From Heptranchias perlo (lineage: Eukaryota), in NCBI RefSeq assembly GCF_035084215.1, contig NC_090333.1, positions 36,766,001 through 36,830,000 on the forward strand: a DNA stretch of 64,000 nt, in the 5' to 3' direction. A program made the position numbers and the translations under genes. The notes under the pieces were generated by a model. That model ran no database searches and was not told where the DNA came from. It saw only the letters and a program-made list of their open reading frames with translations. Of the stretch, positions 50,856 through 62,809 are shown piece by piece. The first letter of the stretch is position 1. Each line of letters begins with the position of its first letter.

Positions 50856-51447
50856 GGAGGAGCAACTTTAACCTTGCCTGCCTGGCAGAAACCGGGTGGG
50901 CGGTTAAAATGCCCCGGGTGACTTACTCACCAATTTCCTGCCTGCTTTGCACTGACCCTGATTTTAACTTGTTCTTCTGAAACTGGCAGGCTCCTTCTTT
51001 AAATACATAGATCAGGATCCAGCAACATCATCAGGCCCCGACTGCAATTTTAACTCTGACCTTAGCAGGGAAGCCACTGAGGCTTTTTCACCAGGTGAAA
51101 ACAATGAGAAGAGACTATCCAAGACGGGAAGAGACCATTTAAAGAAAGTTTTCTTTTTACTTTGCTTGTGGGGCCAGGAGGAGCAGGAAAGTTCCTCCAG
51201 ACCCCACCAGGAAAGTTTGGATCTCCCCTGCCCCAGGCTGACCCCCCCTTCCCTCCCCGAGACCCGCCCGAAACTGCCGACTTACTTTTTGCCAGCGAGA
51301 CTTCCACTCCCACCTGCCAGCCAGCTGCCACTTTCCAACTGTTTCGGGGCAGGCAGCTGATAAGGCCCAGGTGTTAAAATCATGATTGGCCCTCGCCCCA
51401 CTCCCCCCCCCTCCCCACCGAATCCCCCTCCCACTTAAAATTCCCCC
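50856..51447. mobile_element. Probable Harbinger-type MITE
   Basis: Degenerate ends ggaggagcaactttaacc / ttaaaattccccc with internal gattttaac/gttaaaatc motifs like those in 58707-59097. Confidence 0.5.
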
Positions 51448-51592
51448 TTTTGGAAATGCAACCGTTTTGTGTATAATTTCACAAATGAGAAGTGGTTTTG
51501 TAGGTGCTCAAACTTTTACTGATGTTTAATCCATAATAATATAACATTCCTTTCCATTGAATTGACCTAGTTTAGGTCATGAATTGACCTAG

Positions 51593-52660
51593 AGCTGAGT
51601 GAGATCGGAGACGCATAAAGGAGGGCCCGAGAGCGGGAGAGCTGAGCTAAGCGAGATCGGAGGCGGATAAAAGAGACCCCGAGAGCGGGAGAGCTGAGCT
51701 AAGCGAGATCGGAGGCGGATAAAAGAGACCCCGAGAGCGGGAGAGCTGAGGTGAGCGAGATCGGAGGCGGATAAAAGAGACCCCGAGAGCGGGAGAGCTG
51801 AGGTGAGCGAGATCGGAGGCGGATAAAAGAGACCCCGAGAGCGGGAGTGCTGAGCTGAGTGAGATCGGAGGCGGGTAAAAGAGACCCCGAGAGCAGGAGA
51901 GCTGAGCTGAGTGAGATCGGAGGCGGATAAAAGAGACCCCGAGAGCGGGAGTGCTGAGCTGAGTGAGATCGGAGGCGGATAAAGGAGGGCCCAAGAGCGG
52001 GAGAGCTGAGCTGAGTGAGATCGGAGGGGGATAAAGGAGGGCCCGAGAGCGGGAGTGCTGAGCTGAGTGAGATCGGAGGGGGATAAAGGAGGGCCCGAGA
52101 GCGGGAGTGCTGAGCTGAGTGAGATCGGAGGGGGATAAAGGAGGGCCCCGAGAGCGGGAGTGCTGAGCTGAGTGAGATCGGAGGGGGATAAAGGAGGGCC
52201 CGAGAGCGGGAGTGCTGAGCTGAGTGAGATCGGAGGGGGATAAAGGAGGGCCCGAGAGCGGGAGTGCTGAGCTGAGTGAGATCGGAGGCGGATAAAGGAG
52301 GGCCCGAGAGCGGGAGTGCTGAGCTGAGTGAGATCGGAGGGGGATAAAGGAGGGCCCGAGAGCGGGAGTGCTGAGCTGAGTGAGATCGGAGGCGGATAAA
52401 GGAGGGCCCGAGAGCGGGAGTGCTGAGCTGAGTGAGATCGGAGGCGGATAAAGGAGGGCCCGAGAGCGGGAGTGCTGAGCTGAGTGAGATCGGAGGGGGA
52501 TAAAGGAGGGCCCGAGAGCGGGAGTGCTGAGCTGAGTGAGATCGGAGGCGGATAAAGGAGGGCCCGAGAGCGGGAGTGCTGAGCTGAGTGAGATCGGAGG
52601 CGGATAAAGGAGGGCCCGAGAGCGGGAGTGCTGAGCTGAGTGAGATCGGAGGCGGATAAA
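51593..52660 (+). repeat. Tandem array of about 20 copies of a 52/53-bp CpG-rich monomer at the 5' end of a full-length CR1
   Basis: Unit gagcgggagtgctgagctgagtgagatcggaggcggataaaggagggcccga (period 52). The left block uses an aaaagagacccc variant, and some left units are shortened. Confidence 0.95.
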
Positions 52661-52942
52661 CTGGGACCAGCGGTGGAGTTCCAGAGGTGACGTCACCAGT
52701 GAAAAAGTGATGCAGCGCAGGGGAGGCAGCTGATTGGTATGTAGGTTCAGGTGAGTATTTCTCCTATTCTGCCGTGCAGTAACTAAAGTAAAAAGAAAGG
52801 GAAGGTCTGCAGGTCTTATAGCAGGTGGCGTTTTTTGAGTGAATCAAGGTCCCTATTGTAGTTAACATTCTCTAAATTAAGAGTAATTTAAAGGAGTAAA
52901 CTCCTTAAGGGAGTAACTAACAAGCTTAATCTAAGGCAAGTC

Positions 52943-53867
52943 ATGGCAGCAGAGCTCGCACCCGTGATATGCTCCTCCTGCACTATGTGGGAAGTCACGG
53001 ACACTATCGGTGTCCCTGGCGACCATGTGTGCAGGAAGTGTGTCCAGCTGCAGCTACTGGCTAACCGCATTTCGGAGCTGGAGCTGCGGGTGGATTCACT
53101 GTGGAGCATCCGCGATGCTGAGATTATCGTGGATAGCAAGTTCAGTGAGGTGGTCACACTGCAGGTAAAGATTACACAGGCAGAAAGGAAATGGGTGACC
53201 GCCAGGCAGAGTAAAAGAACTAGGCAGGTAGAGCAGGAGTCCCCTGGGGCCTTCTCCCTCTCAAACAGATATACCGCTTTGGATACTGTTGGGGGAGATG
53301 GCTTATCAGGGGAAAGCAGCAAGAGCCAAGTTCGTGGCACCACGGGTGGCTCTGCTGCACAGGGGGGGAGGAATAAGAGTGGGGCTATAGTGATAGGGGA
53401 ACAGATAGGCGTTTCTGCGGCCGCAAACTTGACTCAAGGATGGTATGTTGCCTCCCTGGTGCTAGGGTCAAGGATGTCATGGAGCGGCTGCAGGGCATTC
53501 TGGAGGGAAAGGGTGAACAGCCAGTAGTCATGGTCCATATCGGTACCAACGACATAGGTAAAAAAAAGGGATGAGGTCCTGCAAGGTGAATTTAAGGAGT
53601 TAGGAGATAAATTAAAAAGCAGGACCTCAAAGGTAATGATCTCAGGATTACTACCAGTGCTACGTGCTAGTGAGTATAGGAACAGGAGAACAGATGAATG
53701 CGTGGCTGCAGGGATGGTAGGAGGGAGGGATTTAGATTCCTGGGACATTGGGACCTGTTCTGGGGAAGGTGGGACCTGTACAAGCGGGACGGGTTACACC
53801 CGAGCAGGACCAGGACCGACGTCCTCGCGGGGTGTTTGCTAGTGCTGTTGGGGAAGGTTTAAACTAG
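52943..53867 (+). pseudogene. CR1 ORF1 (zinc finger/leucine zipper + SGNH esterase), frameshifted
   Basis: MAAELAPVICSSCTMWE..HVCRKCVQLQLLANRISELELRVDSL; the GDS motif is hit by a deletion near 53400; HIGTND is present. Confidence 0.85.
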
Positions 53868-54029
53868 AGTGGCAGGGGGATGGGAACCTGAGCAGGGAGA
53901 TAGAGGAGGGGGAAACAAGGATAGAAACAAAAGACAGAAAGGGAAGAAGCAATAGTAGAAGGCAGAGAAAACAAGGGCGAGAAACAAATAGGGCCATAGT
54001 GCAAAATAAAACTAAGATGACTAGCAATC

Positions 54030-56833
54030 TTAAAAAGACAAGTCTAAAGGCATTGTGTCTTAATGCGCAGAGCATTCGCAATAAGCTAGATGAATTAACA
54101 GCGCAGATAGATATTAACGGTTATGATATAGTTGCAATTACGGAGACATGACTGCAGGGTGACCGAGGATGGGAACTGAACATCCAGGGGTATTCAATAT
54201 TTAGGAAGGACAGGCAAAAAGAGAAAGGAGGTGGCATAGCGTTGTTAGTAAAGGGGGAAATCAATGCAATAGTGAGGAAGGATATTGGCTCGGAAAATCA
54301 CAATGTGGAATCTGTATGGGTGGAGCTAAGAAACACCAAGGGGCAGAAAACATTGGTGGAGGTTGTCCAAAGGCTCCCAAACAGTAGTGGAGATGTAGGG
54401 GAGGGCATTAAACAGGAAATTAGAGACACATGCAAGAAGGGTACAATTGCAATCATGGGTGACTTTAAACTATATATAGATTGGTCAAACCAAATTAGCA
54501 ATAATACTGTGGGGGAGGAATTCCTGGAGTGTGTACGTGATGGTTTTCTAGACCAATATGTTGAGAAACCAACTAGAGAACAGGCGATTCTAGACTGGGT
54601 ATCGTGCAATGAGAAAGGATTAATTAACAATCTTGTTGTGCGGGGTCCCTTAGGGAAGAGCGACCATAACATAATAGAATTCCTCATTAAGATGGAGAGT
54701 GAAGTAGTTGAATCCGAAACTAGGGTCCTGAATCTAAATAAAGGAAATTACGAAAGTATGAGGTGCGAGTTGGCTATGATAGATTGGGGAACTTTACTAA
54801 AAGGGATGACGGTGGATAGGCAATGGCTAATATTTAAAGAACGTGTGCAGGAATTACAACAATTATTCATTCCTGTCTGGCGCAAAAAAAAAACAGGAAA
54901 GGTGGCTCAACCGTGGCTTACAAAAGAAATTAGGGATAGTATTAGATCCAAAGAGGAGACATATAAAATTGCCAGAAAAAGCGGCAAGCCTGAGGATTGG
55001 GAGCAGTTCCGAATTCAGCAAAGGAGAACAAAGAGATTGATTAGGAGGGGAAAAATAGAGTATGAGAGTAAACTAGCAGGGAACACAAAAACTGACTGTA
55101 AAAGCTTCTATAAATATGTCAAGAGAAAAAGATTAGTGAAGACAAATGTAGGTCCCTCACAGTCAGAAATGGGGGAAATTATAATGGGGAACAAAGAAAT
55201 GGCAGAACAATTAAACACATACTTTGGTTCTGTCTTCACAAAGAAGGACACAAATAACCTCCCAGAAATATTAGGGAACCAAGGGTCTAGTGAGAAGGAG
55301 GAACTGAAGGAATGCAGTATTAGTAAAAAGAAAGTGCTAGGGAAATTAATGGGGCTAAAGGCTGACAAATCCCCAGGGCCTGATAATCTACATCCCAGAG
55401 TACTAAAGGACGTGGCCCTGGAAATAGTGGATGCATTGGTGATCATCTTCCAAAATTCGATAGACTCTGGAACAGTTCCTACAGATTGGAGGGTGGCAAA
55501 TGTAACCCCACTATTTAAAAAAGGAGGGAGAGAAAAAACAGGGTATTACAGACCAGTTAGCCTAACATCAGTAGTGGGGAAAATGCTAGAGTCTATTATA
55601 AAAGAACACTTGGAGGGCATTAACGGGATTGGACAAAGTCAGCATGGGTTTATGAAAGGGAAATCATGCTTAACAAATCTACTGGAGTTTTTTGAGGATG
55701 TAACTAGTAGAATAAATAGGGGAGAACCAGTGGATGTGGTGTATTTGGATTTTCAGAAGGCTTTTGATAAGGTCCCACACAAGAGGTTAGTGTGCAAAAT
55801 TAAAGTACATGGGATTGGGGGGAATATACTGGCATGAATTGAGAATTGGTTGACAGACAGGAAACAGAGAGTAGGAATAAACGGGTCTTTTTCTGGGTGG
55901 CAGGCAATGACTAATGGGGTACCGCAGGGATCAGTGCTTGGGCCCCAGCTATTCACAATATATATCAATGATTTGGATGAGGGAACTAAATGTAACATTT
56001 CCAAGTTTGCAGACGCACAAAGCTGGGGTGGAATGTGAGCTGTGAGGAGGATGCAAAGGGGCTCTGATGTGATTTAGACAAGTTGGATGAATGGGCAAGA
56101 ACATGGCAGATGCAGTATAACGTGGATAAATATGAGGTTATCCACTTTGGTTGTAAAAACAGAAAGGCAGATTATTATCTGAATGGTGATAGATTGGGAA
56201 AAGGGAAGGTACAACGAGACCTGGGTGTCCTTGTACAGAGCATTCAGGTGGAGCAAGCAGTTAGGAAGGCGAATGGTATGTTGGCCTTCATTGCAAGAGG
56301 ATTTGAGTACAGGAGCAGGGATGTCTTACTGCAGTTACACAGGGCCTTGGTGAGACCACATCTGGAGTATTATGTGCAGTTTTGGTCTCCTTATCTGAGG
56401 AAGGATGTCCTTGCCATGGAGGGAGTGCAATGAAGGTTTACCAGACTGATTCATGGGATGGCAGGACTGACGTATGAGAAGAGATTGGGTCGACTAGGCC
56501 CATATTCACTCGAGTTTAGAAGAATGAGAGGTGATCTCATCGAAACATATAAAATTTTGACAGGGCTAGACAGACTAGATGCAGGGAGGATGTTCCCGAT
56601 GGCTGGGGAGTCCAGAACCAGGGGTCACAGTCTCAGGATACCGGGTATGCCATTTAGAATCGAGTTGAGGAGAAATTTCTTCACTCAGAGGGTGGTGAAC
56701 CTGTGGAATTCTCTACCACAGAAGGCAGTGGAGGCCAAGTCATTAGATGTATTCAAGAAGGAGATAGATATGTTTCTTAATGCTAAAGGGATCAAGGGAT
56801 ATGGGGAAAAAGCGGGAACAGGGTACCGAGTTA
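54030..56833 (+). pseudogene. CR1 ORF2 EN-RT with stops and frameshifts
   Basis: [38 protein letters not shown]; the FADD motif is broken near 56010. Confidence 0.92.
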
Positions 56834-57367
56834 GACGATCAGGCATGATCATTTTGAATGGTGGAGCAGGGCCGAAGGGCTTAATGGCCTACTCTTGCTC
56901 CTATTTTCGATGTTTCTATGTTTAGGTTTCTTAGTACGAGTAACATAAACAAAGCACTAGTCTAAAATTTACTTGAAAATATGAAGGTTAAACATGTGAT
57001 ACATTATTTAAAAAGAAGAAACCTGTAATAATGTGTAAACAATGACTGTACTTGCTGTTCATCTTACCTATTGCGTTTCTCATGTTATATTATTTACTCA
57101 CAAGGCTGCCCTTGCATTTAGGAACACATGAAACTTGAATTCAACCCCCATTAAAAAAATTAATAAATCGCGTACAGTCCACTCCCCCACTTAAACCAAT
57201 TTTTTTTTGCATCAGAAAAGCACAACCCATATTCAAGTACATATGGTGTCATGAGGAATGAATTAGTGGGCTTCACAAGACATAATTGATAACACAAAAA
57301 ATGATTGTCAAATAGTGGTGTGAAATTGAATAATGAAACATTAATTATTACAGAGTTGGGGGTTAAA

Positions 57368-57531
57368 TTACAATTCCTCTTTTCGTTTCACAATGAGCTG
57401 TCTCACTAGTGATAAAATTTGCGGCTTTATTTCTGCGACTGAGACAGAAGGTTCCCAAGCATCCACCACCTCTCCATTCACATCCACAAGGTACTTCCAG
57501 AAATTCCAGTTTGGTTCCTTCCCAGAGGAGT
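57368..57531 (-). CDS. GPX7: Glutathione peroxidase 7, last coding exon
   Basis: Acceptor tttctgcatttcattgtag|AC; SSGKEPNWNFWKYLVDVNGEVVDAWEPSVSVAEIKPQILSLVRQLIVKRKEEL*. Contains the GPx WNF motif and a KDEL-like KEEL. AW-P-VSV and the SHISAL2A neighbour favour GPX7 over GPX8. Upstream exons were not found in the window. Confidence 0.9.
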
Positions 57532-57624
57532 CTACAATGAAATGCAGAAACAATTCTTATTATGCATAATATTCTTAAGATTTACTGTACACATATTTCT
57601 GAAAATACCTACATGGTTGTTTTC

Positions 57625-58322
57625 AACAGCAGTAACTTGCATTTACATAGCGCCTTTAACATAGTAAGACGTCCCAAGGCACTTCACAGGAGCGATTATC
57701 AAACAACATTTGACACCGAGCTACATAAAGAGATATTAGGACAGGTGACCAAAAGCTTGGTCAAAGAGGTAGATTTTAAGGAGCGTCTTAAAGGAAGAGA
57801 GGTGGAGAGTTTTAGAGAGGGAATTCTAGAGTTCTAGGCAGCTGAAGGCACGATCGGGGATCGGGGATGCACAAGAGGCCAGAATTGGACGAACTTAAAG
57901 GATTGTAGGGCTGGAGGAGCTTACAGAGATAGGGAGGGGCGAGGTCATGGAGGGATTTGAAAACAAGGATTAGAATTTTAAAATCAAAACGTTCCCGGAC
58001 CGGGAGCCAATGTAGGTCAGTAGGCACAGGGGTTATGGATGAACAGGACTTGGTGCGAGTTAGGATACGGGCAGCAGAGTTTTGGATGAGCTCAAGTTTA
58101 CGGAGGGTGCAAGGTGGGAGGCCGGCCAGGAGAGTCTAGAGGTAACAAAGGCATGGATGAAGGTTTCAGCAGCAGATGAGCTGAGGCAAGGACGGAGACA
58201 AGCGATGTTACGAAGGTGGAATTCTGCGATCTTGGTGATGGAGAAGATATGGGGTCGGAAGCTCACCTCAGGGTCAAATAGGACACCAAGATTGTGAACG
58301 GAATGATTCAGCCTCGGACAGT
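57625..58322 (-). mobile_element. L2 LINE 3' fragment in the GPX7 intron
   Basis: FHLRNIACLRPCLSSSAAETFIHAFVTSRL and LHWLPVRERFDFKILILVFKSLHDLAPPYL; tail ggcgctatgtaaatgcaagttactgctgttg. Confidence 0.9.
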
Positions 58323-58706
58323 TTTCATGGAGGTAGCAGATATCAGGGCTTTATTTTTTGCTTTTTTGCACAACGTCATCCCCAGTTCAAGTGCAGTATG
58401 AATTACATGCAGAGTAAAACTCCCTCTGCTCCACTTCCACCCAATTTAAGAAGGTAACAACTCCACCCGTGACAAAAATGTGCTTTTTTATTTCTCACAA
58501 CAGTCATTCACTTTGAATAAGATCACCAATTTGCATTGGATTATGGCTAGTTTTGTGCTGTGGAGTTATTCCTACTAAATGTTGGATTTATAAAGGATGT
58601 TCATATTAGCAGTTTGCTACCATCAAACTTGACGTCATCAGCAAACTTGCAATTAAACAAAGTAGTGTTCCTAACACTAGAGGCAGCACAAACCACCAAA
58701 GTAGAG

Positions 58707-59097
58707 AGGGGGATTTTAACTTCCGGGGTGTGGTGAAGTGGGCAAAATTGCAGAGGAAGGGTAGCCTGCAGCGGCCTGCATTATTCTTGCTCCTCCTAGC
58801 CCCACAAAAATAATTTTAACACTTACCTTTTCAGGCCTCATCCTCTGCCTGCCGGGTTCTACTGAGCGGAGTCCCCACGATGCATGTTCTGCCAAGTAGG
58901 ATGTGCATCATGGGACCCCAATCTGCATGAATTCACAAGGCTCCTACCTGATTCAGGCGGACACCTAAGTTGCCCATGAAAGCTCTAGAGGCAAAATGGT
59001 AGGAAGCGAATGGAAATGGCACGGTAAGCCCACCGCTGTGATTTTAACTCTGTTACTGCTCCATTTCTGCTGGGTGGAGGGAGTTAAAATCGTCCCT
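58707..59097. mobile_element. Harbinger-type MITE
   Basis: TIRs agggggattttaac / gttaaaatcgtccct. Confidence 0.7.
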
Positions 59098-59689
59098 TAG
59101 GTGCTCTCAGTCACAGGTCTATTACATGTGCTGCCTCAGTAGCTTTCAGACGTGGAGGTGCCCAAAAAACTTGGCTGCCAACAGCTGAAACCCTCCTGCA
59201 TACCCCACACAAGCCGTTGAACCAGATTTATTATCATTAGCCTGTATCAGGGAAGTAGTCACTGAGATCCTAATGCTCCTGCCCTCTTCCCACCCCCGCC
59301 CCCCCCATCCCACTCCTCTCAGCGGATTTACCCCTCCCATAAAATCATTCTCTCTTCTGGTACTGATCTGCTAAAACAATAAAAAGACTCTAGATCTTTT
59401 AAAAATGGGCACTATGTTCTAGCAGACTAGTATAAAAAATGGCTCTAGATGAAGGATTAATAGAATCATAGAATGGTTACCACACAGGAGACCATTTGGT
59501 TGGTTGCTTGACTGCTGAGAACTCATATTGATGGGATGCAAGTGGAGCAGCCGTTGTCTGCCTGCTCACCCTGCTGTCTACATGTCCATTCCCCTCTCAG
59601 TCTGTCTACTGCATGGAGCTATATTACACCACATAAACTAAAGAATAACAAACAAGCCTGCAAGAGATCCTGACCCCCACTGTTCGTGA

Positions 59690-61080
59690 AGGGGAGATCT
59701 TGCAAATCTAACTTACTGAATTTTCTTTGAGGGTGTAACAAAGGAGCTTGAAAGGAAGGTTAAGGCAGTAGACGTGGTGTACTTGGATTTCAGTGAAGCC
59801 TTTGATACAGCTCCTCTAGAAAGACTGGTATTGAAAAGAAAGAGAGCAGGAATCAGTGGAAATATTTTACAACAGATGTGTAATTGGTTGACCAATAGAA
59901 TTCAGTCAGTGGTACAGGAATTGTCATCAGCCTGGGAGAATGTTAGCAGTACAGTCCCACAGGTCTGATATGGGACCTCTTGTTTAATATCTTCATAAAT
60001 GATTTGGAGCTAGGAGTCACAAGGACAGTGGGTAAATTTGAAGACAATACAAAGGTAATAAAAGGTGGTAGACTGCAAAGCTGAACAAGATAAGCTAAAG
60101 GAGGATTCAAATATAATTGGGAATTGGGCAGACAGGTGGCAGATGAAATTCAATGCAAAGTGCTTCACATGGGAACAAAAAAATCCAGGAAGGAACTATT
60201 ACTTAAAAGGAAATAAAACAATGTGTATGGAAAATGAAAGAGATGTGGGGGGGTCCTGATTGATAACAAATTGAAGCTGTCGCAACAATGCTCAGAGGCA
60301 GCGAGTAAATCAAATCAGATGTTGGGATGTATGAAAAGGTCAATACTGAGCTGAAATGCTAAGGTAATCCTGCCTCTTTATAAATCATCGCTGCAACCGT
60401 ACTTAGAATACTGTGTACAGTTCTGGTTGCTACACTATATAAAGGATATTGCAGCTATTGAAAGGATATAGAAGACAGCAACCAGAATGATTGAGGGGAT
60501 GGATTATGAGGAGCAATTATGTAATTTGGGCACTGGAAGAAAAGGTTCAGATGTGATATGATGCTGTTTTTAGGATTCTAAAGGGATTAGATAATGTAGA
60601 CCATGACAAGCTGTTTCACCTTGTCCAGAACAGTAGAACCAGAGGACACAGCCTGCACTTGAAAGGGAGTAAATTCCAAACTAATCTGCAGAAATGTTAT
60701 TTCAGGAAGTGAGTGATTAGTCTATGGAACAAGCTCCTTAGGGAGATGGTGAATGCAGATAGTGTTGATACATTCAAATGAAAATTAAATATATTTCTTT
60801 CAGAAAATAATATTTTGGGCCACAGTATATGAGTAATTTGACACATGACGTAAGTGTAGCATGCTTGGGGGAGGGGGAACAGGTGACTTTGGTCCTAAAG
60901 CTTTCCACCACTGAGGGTTTTCCCCTCCTCGTGTCTGGGTCTGTTGTAGACTAATTGATAGAGACTGATTGTCATGATTAATCAACAACTCCATTATTGT
61001 TGTATCATGTGACTACCAGGATGGTAGAAGGTGAACTAGATGAAGCTTGGTCTTTTTGCGTCTAGCAATTCATACGTTCC
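59690..61080 (+). mobile_element. Old CR1 RT and 3' end
   Basis: VYLDFSEAFDTAP, NWADRWQMKFNA, LEYCVQFW. Confidence 0.85.
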
Positions 61081-61132
61081 ACTGTTTAGACCACCCCATT
61101 CTGTTTTACAAGACCAGTTTTAATCCCTTCAT

Positions 61133-61220
61133 TTTCTTTATTTGTTCTTGGGATGTGGGTGACTCTGACAAGCCAGTATTCATTGCCCATATTTGGTTGC
61201 CTTAAAGACATTAAGAGTCA
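61133..61220 (-). mobile_element. Degraded short element joining the tRNA-headed LINE tail directly to its 5' domain end (putative ORF-less SINE partner)
   Basis: On +, ttgttcttgggatgtggg..cattgcccat..ttgcctt (like 11728-11791) is immediately followed by aaagacattaagagtca (like agggcaattaagaatca, 14693-14709). Confidence 0.55.
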
Positions 61221-61399
61221 TGGAAGTCCTCTTATCCCTTTCGGTATCAATTTCTGCCTCTCCTTAAATTTCATCCAGCTCAAGAAATTGATTTTAGGAT
61301 CTGAATATCAAATGGCTTCGCTGTTGCTTCAGTTGATATTTTAGAATCTGAAAAAGAAAGTTTCCTTTAAAAACGTTTATCTTTCCTGAGCCATGATAG

Positions 61400-61977
61400 G
61401 TTGAAACAGCTGGGTCTCTACACTTTAGAGAAGCATAGACTTAGAAACCTCAATCAAATCACCACCAAGATGATGAAGGGTTTAGATTGTGTTTGTGGAG
61501 ACAATTTGTTTCAACTGAATAGGTTAGGGAGGACCACGGCTCACAATCTCAAGTTATGTAAAGGCAGAATTAGGTTAGATGGTCAGAGGTGGTTATTTTC
61601 CCAGAGAATAGTGGACCTGTGGAACAGGCTGCTGGGTCGTGCGGTGAATGCTGATTCACGGAATTCCTTCAGGAGAGAACTGGACAAGTTTCTGGCTGGG
61701 GCGGAGATCACCATGTACAAGAGGTAAATACCATGTAACATTAATCAGGGCCAGAGTAATCAACTGGACTAGTTTTGATCGCTGAAGGGTGTCGGAGAGG
61801 AATTTTCCAGATTTTTTCACCCCAATTGGCCTGTGTTTTTTTTTACTTTTCCAGAGAGATTACATGGCTGTCCCCGGGTGGGGTGAGGAGTGTATATATT
61901 GTGATGCACAAGACATTGCAGTTGCGTGCAACCGGATGGACCAGTAGGTCTTTTCCTGTCCATAATTTTTCATATGT
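61400..61977 (+). mobile_element. CR1 3' end
   Basis: LGLYTLEKHRLR..RTTAHNLKL..FSQRIVDLWNRL. Confidence 0.85.
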
Positions 61978-62427
61978 TGGTATAAGGCTCCAGTGGAACT
62001 ATCTCAGCCACCCAAAGCTCAACCTCATCTTACTCACAGAACATCTCATAGGATTAATAGATTGGGCATTCAAGCGAGTAAGTTAGCTGGTACAAAGGGT
62101 AACCTGGCGAAAAAGCCACAAAGCCCTGTTTACGAATCTATCCAGGATTTCTGCCAATCTTTCGCTGAAGTTACGGCGGCCAATCGGGAGAACCTTCAAG
62201 GAAATTCCCAGCAATTACGTCACAGCTGCAGCAATATGGTGGGATCTTCACTGTCAGCTCAAAAAGTAAGAAGCATGAGCTAACAATAATCAGATCATGA
62301 TCTGATGAATGAGGTTTTCATCAGAGGAACACTCACGATGAATTACATGGATCAATATAATTACTACGGAGCAAGTCAATCACTTTTTCCAGCAAGATAA
62401 ATTCCTTATTCACGGCTCCTCTTCAAA

Positions 62428-62620
62428 GCTCAGTAGGTAAAGTCAGCATACAGATGCACCATACAAGCTAGAAAGTCACAGTTTCAATTCCCAGTCTGTG
62501 CCGAGTTAGCTGAACTCAGCTGAGGTGATAGTTGGGGCACTACAATTGCTAAGCTAGTGAGGGGAAGATCAGCTGAGACTCCAGCTCCTAATTGCTATCT
62601 AAAGTACTGCTGTGTGAAGC
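62428..62620 (+). mobile_element. Degraded tRNA-derived SINE head
   Basis: A-box-like agctcagtaggt and B-box-like gtttcaattccc, followed by agtctgtgccgagttagctga. Confidence 0.45.
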
Positions 62621-62809
62621 TGTAACACAACGTTTGACAAGTAATGATACTGGAGAATCTAAATTCACAAGCAGTGATATTGGGAAATGTTGCTTGACAA
62701 GTGGCAATATCCTGGCTTATTTTACAGACCAATTTCAGGGAATGCTATGGAATATATATATGGCTACTTTAAAATTCTAGCTCTGCTTCTATAAATACTA
62801 CAGAGCAAT

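Larger units (their letters stand above)
51593..56923 (+). mobile_element. Full-length but inactivated CR1 LINE (5' monomers, 5' UTR, ORF1, ORF2, tail)
   Basis: Contiguous 5' UTR, ORF1 and ORF2; tail ttcgatgtttctatgttt; candidate TSD gtttaggt at 51570-51577 / 56920-56927. Confidence 0.9.

Noticed and set aside
51593-52660. CRISPR-like array
   Set aside because: Head-to-tail repeats with no unique spacers, no cas genes and a vertebrate context.
51647-52696. 349-aa minus-strand ORF
   Set aside because: Artefact of the stop-free 52-bp tandem repeat: the 52-aa period equals three units cycling through the frames.
56930-57367. SECIS element in the GPx 3' UTR
   Set aside because: GPX7 is a Cys-type peroxidase and no convincing SECIS stem was seen.
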